From: an uncultured delta proteobacterium
Lineage (GTDB): Bacteria; Myxococcota_A; Polyangia; Fen-1088
Reading direction: 5' to 3'
Length of the DNA: 64,000 nt
NCBI GenBank assembly: GCA_963737265.1
Contig: CAVTRY010000011.1
Location: 1,280,001 to 1,344,000 of the forward strand
Of this stretch, positions 46,435 to 54,856 are shown one piece after another. Position 1 is the stretch's first letter; the number at the start of each line of letters is the position of its first letter. Made by a program: the position numbers and the translations under genes. Under the pieces are notes generated by a model. That model was given only the letters and a program-made list of their open reading frames with translations, did not search any database and was not told the DNA's origin.

Positions 46435-47724
46435 ATGGCAGTCAATACGAAGAACGTTCTCAGCGTCATCTTAGGCGGCGGCGCGGGCACTCGATTATTC
46501 CCGCTCACCAAGGATCGGGCCAAGCCCGCGGTGCCGCTGGCGGGCAAGTACCGCCTGGTGGATATCCCCATTTCCAACTGCATCAACTCGGAGCTACGCA
46601 ACATCTACGTACTCACGCAGTTTCAGTCCGCCTCCATGCACAAGCACATCTCTGGATCCTACAAATTCGACCCATTCACCGGCGGCTTCGTCGAGATTCT
46701 GGCCGCGCAGCAGACCTTTTCCGACGCCTCGTGGTGGCAGGGCACCGCGGACGCGGTCCGCAAGAACATGATCCACTTTCTGACCCACGGGCCAGAGTAC
46801 ATTCTGATCCTGAGCGGCGACCAACTGTACCGCATGGATTTCCGGGACATCCTGCAGCAGCACCAAGACACCGGCGCCGAGATCACCATCGCCACGATTC
46901 CGGTGATTCGCCGCGACGCCAGCGCTCTCGGCATCATGCAAATGGACGCGGATCGTCGCATCCACCGCTTCGTCGAGAAACCCAAGGACGAGGCCGTGCT
47001 GGACAGTCTGCGCCTGCCGCGCGAGTGGTACGGCCGACTTCACCTCGGAAGCAAGGACGACCTGTACCTTGCCTCCATGGGCATCTACGTCTTCAACCGC
47101 GACGTGCTGGTGCAGGTACTCGAGAACGACCAAACCGACTTCGGCAAGCACATCATTCCGGGCGCCATCGGTTCTCGCTCGGTGTTTTCGTACGTGTTCC
47201 AGGGCTATTGGGAAGACATCGGAACCATTCGCGCCTTCTTCGAGGCGCATCTGGACCTAGCGGCGGAGCTGCCGCGCTTCAGTTTCTTCGACATGACGGC
47301 GCCCATTTTCAGCCGCCCGCGCTGGTTGCCCGGGTCGAAGATCAACGGCGGCACCTTGGATCACGCCATGCTGTGCGACGGTTGCATCGTCAACGGCGGG
47401 CACATCGAAAACTCGGTCATCGGCATTCGCAGCATCATCGGCATCGGCTGCAAGATTTCGCGCACGGTGATGATGGGTTGCGACTACTACGAGTCGATGG
47501 AATCCATTCAATCCCACGAAGCGCAAGGCTTGCCTCGCATCGGCATCGGTAAAAACGCGCGCATCGAAAATGCCATCATCGACAAGAACGCGCGCATCGG
47601 CGACGAGGTCGTGATTTCGCCCGCTGACAAGGCCGACAATGTCGACCATCCGCTCTACTACATTCGTGACGGCATCGTGATCATTCCAAAGAACGCCGTC
47701 ATCCCATCCGGAACTGTTATCTGA
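46435..47724 (+). CDS. glgC: glucose-1-phosphate adenylyltransferase, copy 2
   Basis: ILGGGAGTRLFPLT, KPAVPLAGKYRLVDIPISNC, ILAAQQT, SGDQLYRMD, YWEDIGTI; RBS GAAAGG. Confidence 0.95.
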   Translation: MAVNTKNVLSVILGGGAGTRLFPLTKDRAKPAVPLAGKYRLVDIPISNCINSELRNIYVLTQFQSASMHKHISGSYKFDPFTGGFVEILAAQQTFSDASWWQGTADAVRKNMIHFLTHGPEYILILSGDQLYRMDFRDILQQHQDTGAEITIATIPVIRRDASALGIMQMDADRRIHRFVEKPKDEAVLDSLRLPREWYGRLHLGSKDDLYLASMGIYVFNRDVLVQVLENDQTDFGKHIIPGAIGSRSVFSYVFQGYWEDIGTIRAFFEAHLDLAAELPRFSFFDMTAPIFSRPRWLPGSKINGGTLDHAMLCDGCIVNGGHIENSVIGIRSIIGIGCKISRTVMMGCDYYESMESIQSHEAQGLPRIGIGKNARIENAIIDKNARIGDEVVISPADKADNVDHPLYYIRDGIVIIPKNAVIPSGTVI

Positions 47725-47825
47725 AGACGTGTCCATCAATCGCTCCCGTCTGCGCAAAGGACGAAAGCGCCAGAATCTCAACCACCTGCATGGCCGGCAC
47801 CGGAAATTTCAGCCGCGCTTGTATT

Positions 47826-48148
47826 AGATAGACAGTGACGTTTGTGGCGTCTGGGAAACCGATTTGCGTTGTCTTCTTCAAAGTGGTGCCGTTGTAGACC
47901 TGGATGTGGATGTGCGTCGCGCGCGGACTGTACCAGCCCGGGTAGATGCACTTGAAGGTCACTTGCCCCGCGCTGTCCGTGGTCTGCACGCCGCGCAGGT
48001 AGGTCGTCGAGGTCGAGCCTTCGTTCGTGCTGTTGGCGTACTCGGAGTACACCCCGCCCGCGTCGCAACACCAGATCTCGACGTGGGCGCCCGCGATCGG
48101 CGCGCACGCGTTGGCCGCGTCCACGATGGTGAGGGTCAACGTCAGCAT
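47826..48148 (-). pseudogene. intradiol ring-cleavage dioxygenase-like fragment
   Basis: VEIWCCDAGGVYS, LRGVQTTD, IYPGWYSPRATHIH; homology lost at both ends. Confidence 0.7.
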
Positions 48149-48484
48149 GACTGAACACTCCTGCCTACTGGAAGGTTTCACGCGATGGTCGTCCTTGGTA
48201 TCTGGCTGAGATCGATTCCGCGGGATCGCGCTCGAACCGCAATCCGCGGTCCGCTTGGTGGCGCGACAGTGTGGGGCGCGCCGCCTCGCGATCCGCCCTG
48301 GCGGAGGTCGAATTGCCGTGTCGGATTGCTGTGGACTCGACGAGGATAGCGAGCGGGCGGCAAGGGCAAGGTCGAGCTCATGTTGAAGGCCAAAGGGGAT
48401 GGCAAGACGGTGTCCTATCGAACCGAGGTGGCGATTGCGGACGAAATACGCCGGCCTTAGACAGCCACTACCGTTTTCAAGGCA

Positions 48485-48865
48485 GTGGCCATATTGACGT
48501 TTCTGCTGGGCGCGGTGCTGCACTCGCTCAACATCATCCTCGGGCCGCAGCGCTTCCTGCGTGACGTGTTTTCCCCTCGTGTGGAGGTGGTATTCGCGAT
48601 GCTCATGATCATCGCGTCGGTGTCGGGCTGGATGTCGTGGAAGCGCTTCACCGGCAATCCGTGGATGCGTGTCGTCTATGGCTTCGCGCTGGTGCTGATC
48701 ACCCTGAGCATTCCGATCCACGTACGCTCGGTGGTCATCTGGAGCACCGCCTGGGTCGGCTCGTTCCCGAAATACTACAGCCACGTCGAGGTGCCGATGT
48801 TTCTCGCGCTGATGGTGCTCGTGAGCCGCCTGCGTTTTCACGGTCCCCCGCATGGCGACGATTGA
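48485..48865 (+). CDS. small 4-TM membrane protein
   Basis: Four hydrophobic segments; start uncertain (in-frame TAG at 48458). Confidence 0.55.
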   Translation: MAILTFLLGAVLHSLNIILGPQRFLRDVFSPRVEVVFAMLMIIASVSGWMSWKRFTGNPWMRVVYGFALVLITLSIPIHVRSVVIWSTAWVGSFPKYYSHVEVPMFLALMVLVSRLRFHGPPHGDD

Positions 48866-48989
48866 CAGCGGCGCGCCGCTATTGCGCCAGCGCGGCCGTC
48901 GCGACCATGAACCACGCGGCGTGTGGGATCCACTGCTCGACCGAGCGCCAGTCGTCGCCGCAGGTGCTATAGGGCGTGAGCCCCGGGCT

Positions 48990-49733
48990 ATGAACATCAC
49001 CTTCGACAGATCGGCAGCGGCATGCGCAAAACCTGCGACCGGTTACACCTATGCCCGCCGGGAGCCGGAAAAGACTGCCCTTTTCCAGGTGCTCCAGCAG
49101 CACCTTCTGACCTTCGCGCAAGAGTGGACCGACAAGTCCGACGGCCGCACGCTGCCCAGCTTCGTGACCGACGAGCTGCACGACTTCCTAGGCTGTGGAA
49201 TCTTGGCGCGAGGCTTCGCGCAACTTTTGTGTAAGACCTGCCACCAGCGGTATGCAGTGGCCTGGAGCTGCAAAGGTCGCGGCTTCTGTCCGAGCTGCGG
49301 CGGCAGACGCATGAACGCGGGCGCCCTGACTCTGGTCGACCACGTCCTGCCCGAAGTGCCCATCCGACAATTCGTGCTGACCGTGCCTTTCTCGCTGAGA
49401 TTTCCCTTGGCCTTCGACGGAAAATTGCTCGGCCAAGTCCTGCGCATCTTCATCGACACCGTGGCGTCCAACTATCGCAGGCGCATGGCAGATCGGGGTA
49501 TTGCCGACGGCGAGTCTGGCGCCGTCACGGTCATCCAGCGCGCCAACAGCGACCTGCGTCTCTCCCCGCATTTTCATGTCCTCCAGCTCGATGGCGTGTA
49601 CGCCCCTGGCCGCGACGGCGGTTCCCCCATCTTCCACCCGGCGCCGGAACTTACCCAAGAGGATGTCCTTGCCATCGTCGAACACACCAGTAAGCGCATC
49701 CTCCGCTTCCTAAAGCGTCGCGGGGTCATCAGC
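48990..49733 (+). pseudogene. IS91/ISCR-like Y2 transposase, N-terminal half
   Basis: Zn-binding CG..C..C..SCKGRGFCPSC, RQFVLTVP, HUH motif PHFH; homology ends at RRGVIS. Confidence 0.85.
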
Positions 49734-49930
49734 CCGCGATGCGGGAACTTGCGTCCGCGCCGCCATCAGCCCATCCGAGGCAGGTGTCGAAATGGATCTC
49801 GGTTCGATCCCACCCCCAGCGTCGAACCGGCCCAAGCGCAGGTGGAAGGCGTTGTCGTCGAATCTCTCGCTGACCTTCGCGCCAACAAGCTGACCTGCCT
49901 CCTCTCCCGCGCGCGGATCCCAACCCGACC

Positions 49931-49965
49931 TTGACTAAGCTAGCCTGTTAATCTAGCCTGTTGTC
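49931..49965 (+). promoter_or_regulatory. putative sigma70 promoter with direct-repeat operator for the TA operon
   Basis: TTGACT-17 nt-TAGCCT ending 6 nt before the ATG; CTAGCCTGTT at 49940 and 49953. Confidence 0.55.
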
Positions 49966-50217
49966 ATGAAGACGAGCGAAGCATCGATGGGCGCCTTCGA
50001 GGCGAAAAACCGATTCTCGGAGCTGATCGAGCGGGTTGGCCACGGCGCCGAGGTCATCATCACCAAACACGACCGTCCCGTGGCCAAGCTCGTTCCCGTT
50101 TCCGCCTCCCTGGATGCGGAACGGCAAAGGGCGACGATCGAACTGCGCGCGCTAAGCAAACGCTACAGCTTGAAGGGCCTTTCTCTTCGCAAACTTGTCG
50201 AAGAAGGGCGCCGGTGA
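49966..50217 (+). CDS. Phd/YefM family antitoxin
   Basis: EAKNRFSELIERV..G.EVIITKHDRPVAKLVP. Confidence 0.93.
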   Translation: MKTSEASMGAFEAKNRFSELIERVGHGAEVIITKHDRPVAKLVPVSASLDAERQRATIELRALSKRYSLKGLSLRKLVEEGRR

Positions 50218-50633
50218 GTCTGGAATTCGTGCTCGATTGCTCGGCCACTTTGCCGTGGCTTTTCGCCTCGGAGGCAACGCCTGCAACCCATCGACTGCTC
50301 AACCAACTCTCCCATGGCGCGAAGGCCTGGGTGCCGAGCCTCTGGCACTTGGAGGTGGGCAACGTGCTCCTGGGCGCGCAACGCCGGGGGCGAGTGGACA
50401 AGGCGGGGATTGAGAAGTTCTTCGCCAGCCTTGCGGTCTACGACATCGAGGTCGACTGCAAAACCGTCGCCCTTGCCTGGTCGAAGACGTTTGCCCTCGG
50501 CGAGACGTTCGGGCTCACAATCTATGATGCCGCCTATCTGGAACTGGCCTTGAGGCGGGGCATTCCACTCGCGAGCCTGGACAAGACGCTCGTCGCGGCA
50601 ACAAAAAAAGCTGGCGGCCGAGTCCTTCTTTAG
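50214..50633 (+). CDS. vapC: PIN-domain VapC toxin
   Basis: FVLDCS, EVGN, LTIYDAAYLELA, LASLD; GTGA overlap with the antitoxin. Confidence 0.92.
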   Translation: MSLEFVLDCSATLPWLFASEATPATHRLLNQLSHGAKAWVPSLWHLEVGNVLLGAQRRGRVDKAGIEKFFASLAVYDIEVDCKTVALAWSKTFALGETFGLTIYDAAYLELALRRGIPLASLDKTLVAATKKAGGRVLL

Positions 50634-50744
50634 TTGTCCCGGAGATCCCTGGACAAGCTGATCTAGTTATTCCCGTGGGGGAAGAAGCTGTAGGAAAAGA
50701 CGCTGCCAAATCGGTCGAAGGTGATGGCGCCGAAGAGATTCACC

Positions 50745-50962
50745 GCAATGCTCCACGAGCGTGACGGCTTCGCGGTAGGGCGACGGCAAGCGAGCAATGA
50801 AGGGAGCGATACAGGCGGTCAGCTCGTGGGCGGTATCGGGTTCCTCATCGCTCACCGGCCGCTCCCCATCGGCGAGCTTCGAGTCGCGCGCTTGTGCCCG
50901 GTAGCGGTCGGAGATGGCATTGCGAACCACCCGGTAAATCCACGGTCCGAAGCGGTCCGAGT
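50745..50962 (-). pseudogene. ECF sigma factor (SigZ-like) internal fragment
   Basis: DRFGPWIYRVVRNAISDRYR...CIAPFIARLPSPYREAVTLVE. Confidence 0.7.
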
Positions 50963-51105
50963 ATCAAGGACGAGGCCATCGCCAAGAAGATCCTCGTGGC
51001 CATGCACCTGCCCGCAGAGGCACCCGAGCTTCACCCCGCGCGCCCGCCCGCCCGCCTCCCGCGCGCGAGCAGGAGGCGCGGGAGACGGAAGACTGGCTCA
51101 ACTGA
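50963..51105 (+). pseudogene. IS91-like transposase C-terminal tail
   Basis: IKDEAIAKKILVAMHLP..PELHPARPP parallels the tail of the intact copy (VQEPENIARFLRHLGEP..PPLAPARAPP). Confidence 0.65.
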
Positions 51106-51330
51106 TCAAGCGACCCGCGCAAGGCGCGATGGGGTAGACCACGCCCCGGTTCCCATGCCCAAGCGTTTTGCTGAACAGATAGAAGATCGAAAACAGCATG
51201 ATTACGATGTGCAGCGCGGTGGAGAACATGCTGGAACCGCGAGCCCACCATCGACTCAGACGGGACCATCCACGTCGGGCGTACCGCTCCGCACGCAACT
51301 TTTTCCGCAACCTGACCGACACGATCAACG

Positions 51331-52887
51331 GTGCATTCCTCAGCGCCGTTGCCCACGTCTGCCCTGGGCGCACGGGTGGCAAAGCCTGGCGTCGAGGGCT
51401 TCGTCTATTCGCGCAGGCAACCCGAGCTGGGCACTCTCCATCGGGTGGTGCGTGAAAACATTCGGACGCTCTACGCCGCCGCCGAGGACGGCTTCGCCGG
51501 GGCCAGGCTGCCCGAGTTCGTGCGCCAGGAGTTTGCAGGGTACTTGGATTGCGGCCTGCTATGCCGAGGCTTTGCAGCGCTCCGATGCGAGGACTGCGGC
51601 GAGCACATGGTCGTGGCGTGGAGCTGCAAGTCGCGCGGATTTTGCCCCTCGTGTACGGGTAGACGAATGGCACAGACCGCGACGAATTGGCTCGAACACG
51701 TGCTGCCAGCAACTCCCCTGCGACAGTTCGTGGTAACTTTCCCCTTCGAGCTTCGCCAGCGTCTGGCCTACGATGGCAAGACCCTCCGCGCGGTCGGCAG
51801 GATCTTCATGGACTCGGTTCTTGGATGGTATCGACGCCGAATGCGCGACGAAGGCATTCGCGACGGCCGCAGCGGTGCGGTCATGGTCGCGCAGCGGAAC
51901 AACGCCGACGTGAAGCTTAACCCGCACCTGCACGCCATTTTCGTCGATGGTGTCTTTGCGACCGTGCCCGACGGCAAGCCGGTCTTCCACGCCCTGCCAC
52001 GCCTCTCGACCGAGGAGGTCGGCGACCTCTTGCAGGTGGTGCGTGCCCGCGTCCTCGCACACCTCGTCCGCCGTGGCATCATCGAGCCTGGCTCCGACCT
52101 GACCGTGCTCGACGACGGCTTCGCCGAGCGCGAGCCGGCCCTGGCCCAGTTGGCCGCTGCCGCCGCGTCTGGCCTGCCGCCTGCTGGCCCCGAGTTGCGC
52201 CGCCGCCCCGAACCCGTGATGCTGCGCGGCCACCCCGGCGTCGAAGTGACAGCGCCCCTTTCCGTCACCGAGTTCGGGTTCTCCCTGCATGCTGCCACTC
52301 GCGCTGGCGCCGAAGACGCTCGTGGCCGCGAAGCCCTGTGCAAGTACGTGCTTCGCCCGCCCCTGGCCCAAGAGCGCCTGAGCCTCCTGCCAGACGGTCT
52401 GGTCCGCATCACGCTCCGCAAGCCTTTCCGAGACGGCACCTACGCCGTCGACATGGATCCGCTCTCGTTGCTTTGCCGTCTTGCCACCACGATTCCTCCG
52501 CCAAGGTTGCATGGGGTGCGCTACTCCGGTGTTCTCGCCCCCGCCGCAAAGCTCCGCCCTCTGATCGTGCCGCTACCCCCGCCTCCGCCCCAGGGCGATG
52601 CCGCCAAACCCGCAAGCACCCCCCCTACCCATCGTTGCGCCTACATCCCGTGTGCCATCCTCGCCAAGAAAACCTTCAAGGAAGACATCGACCGTTGCCC
52701 GAAGTGCGGGGGCAAGATGAAGCTCAAATCGCTGGTGCAGGAGCCCGAGAACATCGCCAGGTTCCTGCGCCACCTGGGAGAGCCGACCGAGCCACCACCC
52801 CTGGCCCCGGCGAGGGCGCCGCCCTACTGGAAGGTTCGCGAGCTGCGCCGCAAGCCCCATGCTCAGACCGATATGTTCCACGCCTAG
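51331..52887 (+). CDS. IS91/ISCR-like Y2 rolling-circle transposase
   Basis: SCKSRGFCPSC, NPHLH, GFSLHA, LCKYVLRPP, RYSGVLAP, CPKCGG. Confidence 0.92.
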   Translation: MHSSAPLPTSALGARVAKPGVEGFVYSRRQPELGTLHRVVRENIRTLYAAAEDGFAGARLPEFVRQEFAGYLDCGLLCRGFAALRCEDCGEHMVVAWSCKSRGFCPSCTGRRMAQTATNWLEHVLPATPLRQFVVTFPFELRQRLAYDGKTLRAVGRIFMDSVLGWYRRRMRDEGIRDGRSGAVMVAQRNNADVKLNPHLHAIFVDGVFATVPDGKPVFHALPRLSTEEVGDLLQVVRARVLAHLVRRGIIEPGSDLTVLDDGFAEREPALAQLAAAAASGLPPAGPELRRRPEPVMLRGHPGVEVTAPLSVTEFGFSLHAATRAGAEDARGREALCKYVLRPPLAQERLSLLPDGLVRITLRKPFRDGTYAVDMDPLSLLCRLATTIPPPRLHGVRYSGVLAPAAKLRPLIVPLPPPPPQGDAAKPASTPPTHRCAYIPCAILAKKTFKEDIDRCPKCGGKMKLKSLVQEPENIARFLRHLGEPTEPPPLAPARAPPYWKVRELRRKPHAQTDMFHA

Positions 52888-53084
52888 CCCAAGCAGCCCG
52901 TAGACCGCGCCGCCCGGGCCGCCGTCTGCCCGAAGACGCCATTGCCGCTCTATGCTGCCGCCCAAGGTGACCAAAACCCTGTCCTCGTCCCCTCCTTCTT
53001 GGGCTCCCTCCCCGGGCTGGCAACCCCGTCCAGGCCCTTCTCACCCGGTTTTCGAACCCTGGCCCCCGCTTGTTTCCCTTACGC
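51331..53084 (+). mobile_element. IS91/ISCR-like element (left end undefined; oriIS-like right end at ~53084)
   Basis: Transposase plus ~200-nt tail ending CGCTTGTTTCCCTTACGC exactly where the neighbouring gene is cut. Confidence 0.65.
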
Positions 53085-53637
53085 GTCCCAAGATTCGCCG
53101 AAGGCCAGCATGGCCTCGTAAAAGGTCAGGTTGTGGTCGGCCGGGATGCCTTCGTTGGCCTTCTTCAAACCCAGAAGAAGCCTTGGCGAGATGCCGTAGA
53201 TGTGGTTCTTCTTGTAGCAATCGTGGTTTCCCGTCACCGCGAACGCCGGTTTGCCTTTGCTCGCGTAGAAGTTCCGGATCGCCGTGAAGAAGGCGATGTA
53301 GTCGACGTAGGATTGGTAGTTGCGTTTGTAGTTGTTGTCGACGTCGACCAGATCCCAGATGGCGGCGGCGCTTGGAGAGCGCAGCTTTTCCGCGCCGACG
53401 CCGTTGTGATAGGGGAAGGCATTGTCGACGTGCTCGATAAGGTCGCCGACGACGAGCAGCACGTCGATGCCCTTGTTGTCGAGGGCATCGAGGATCGACA
53501 GAAATGAACGCTCGAAGGTGTTCATCATCGAGCCGATGACTGGCGATTCCGCGGTTCCGGATTCGGCATCGATCACGCGCGCCGGGGCTTTTGGCCAAGA
53601 GCTTCCAAGTTGCTTCCAAGTCGACGTCAGTACGCAA
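53085..53637 (-). pseudogene. orphan paralogous metallophosphoesterase module, truncated by the IS
   Basis: Collinear with ~56250-56790: KLLA.SPARVIDA.SGT.ESP.IG, GDLIEH, GNHD, HIYGISPR, ANEGIPADHNLTFYE; extra base at ~53585. Confidence 0.85.
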
Positions 53638-54844
53638 TCAGCAGCCAGTCGCCCTCGGTGCTTTGGCCGATGGCGAAGCGGGGGCGCTTGAAGTTGGTGC
53701 GAAACCTTTCTTGCTGTATGCCTTCGATGCCGTACACGACCTGGTCCTTCCTTTTTCGGCCATCCTCGCCGATGCCGACGAAGAGGAAGCATCGCTCGTC
53801 ATGAATCAGAAGAGGTCGTGCCCAGTCCTCGGAGGGGATAAAGTGGGCGAAGCTGCGGAAGCTCACCTTCCAGTTGGTTTCTAGCTTGCGGTTCATGCTG
53901 CGAACCGTGCTTTTGTCCGTTCCCTCATCGTTTCCCGAGGTGAATAGAAAGTCGTTGCCATGCGCATCCAACGGCTCGCTCGCCGGCAGCCACTTGGTCT
54001 CGTGCCGTGTACGAACCAGTCCGATGTCAGACGGCGTTCCAATCGGATTTCCTGCCCCGCTGCTCTCCGTCCAGAACCACTCCCACTTTTCCTTTACTGT
54101 CGAAAACGGCTTCTGCGCAACGATCCTCCCTGCCACGTCCAGCACCGTGGCTGTCGATGGAAAGACCCGGTCGTATCGTCCTGGGGTTCCCTTGTACGGG
54201 TATTGCTCCTGAAACATCTCGAGAATGAACACGTCGCCTTGCTGCGACACATACATTCTCGTATTTTCAGCCAAATAGCATGGTGCGGATGGCGTGTTTT
54301 TGGGGCAAAGATTGCCTTTCCGATTGCGGTCCAATGGTAGTGGCAGGAGCTGCGGCGGGCTTCCATCCAGAAGAAAGTGGTACAGGAACTTCTCGTCAAC
54401 GACCCAAAGTCCGTCAGGTCCGACCCGTGACATCGTGTAGCCGTTTCGACTGACACCAAGGTTGCGTGTTCGACACTTGCGTAGCGTGGCGACGTCCACC
54501 TCGATCACGTTAGCATCCGACGCTACGACCAGCCTGTTGCCGAAGAGATGCGAGGCGTGGATCTCCCCTTCGATTTCGAGTGGCACGCGAGCCAGCTCTT
54601 TGCCCTCCTTGTTCCACCGGACCAGGTCGCGGGCGCCGTCGGGTAGCTTGACCATCGCCACCATCGCCCCGCCAGGCAAAGGCTGTAGCGGTGGAATGAC
54701 CTCGCCCTTCACTGGCCAGCTCATCCTCCAGCCGGTCAGTTCCAGCTTTTGGCTCAGGCCGCGGACTGTGATCTTGTCTTCCTCGGCGTGGATCTCACCT
54801 GCCATCATGGTCAACCCCAAGAACAACGCAATGAATCGGTGCAT
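53627..54844 (-). CDS. exported beta-rich protein, putative immunity protein
   Basis: Sec signal MHRFIALFLGLTMMAGEIHA; 12 nt downstream of the phosphoesterase; function is inference. Confidence 0.7.
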   Translation of the reverse strand: MHRFIALFLGLTMMAGEIHAEEDKITVRGLSQKLELTGWRMSWPVKGEVIPPLQPLPGGAMVAMVKLPDGARDLVRWNKEGKELARVPLEIEGEIHASHLFGNRLVVASDANVIEVDVATLRKCRTRNLGVSRNGYTMSRVGPDGLWVVDEKFLYHFLLDGSPPQLLPLPLDRNRKGNLCPKNTPSAPCYLAENTRMYVSQQGDVFILEMFQEQYPYKGTPGRYDRVFPSTATVLDVAGRIVAQKPFSTVKEKWEWFWTESSGAGNPIGTPSDIGLVRTRHETKWLPASEPLDAHGNDFLFTSGNDEGTDKSTVRSMNRKLETNWKVSFRSFAHFIPSEDWARPLLIHDERCFLFVGIGEDGRKRKDQVVYGIEGIQQERFRTNFKRPRFAIGQSTEGDWLLIAY

Positions 54845-54856
54845 CTGCCCACGGTC

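Noticed and set aside
47717-49000. 427-aa ORF as an intact dioxygenase
   Set aside because: Only ~47826-48148 has family motifs; the upstream part is antisense to a membrane-protein gene
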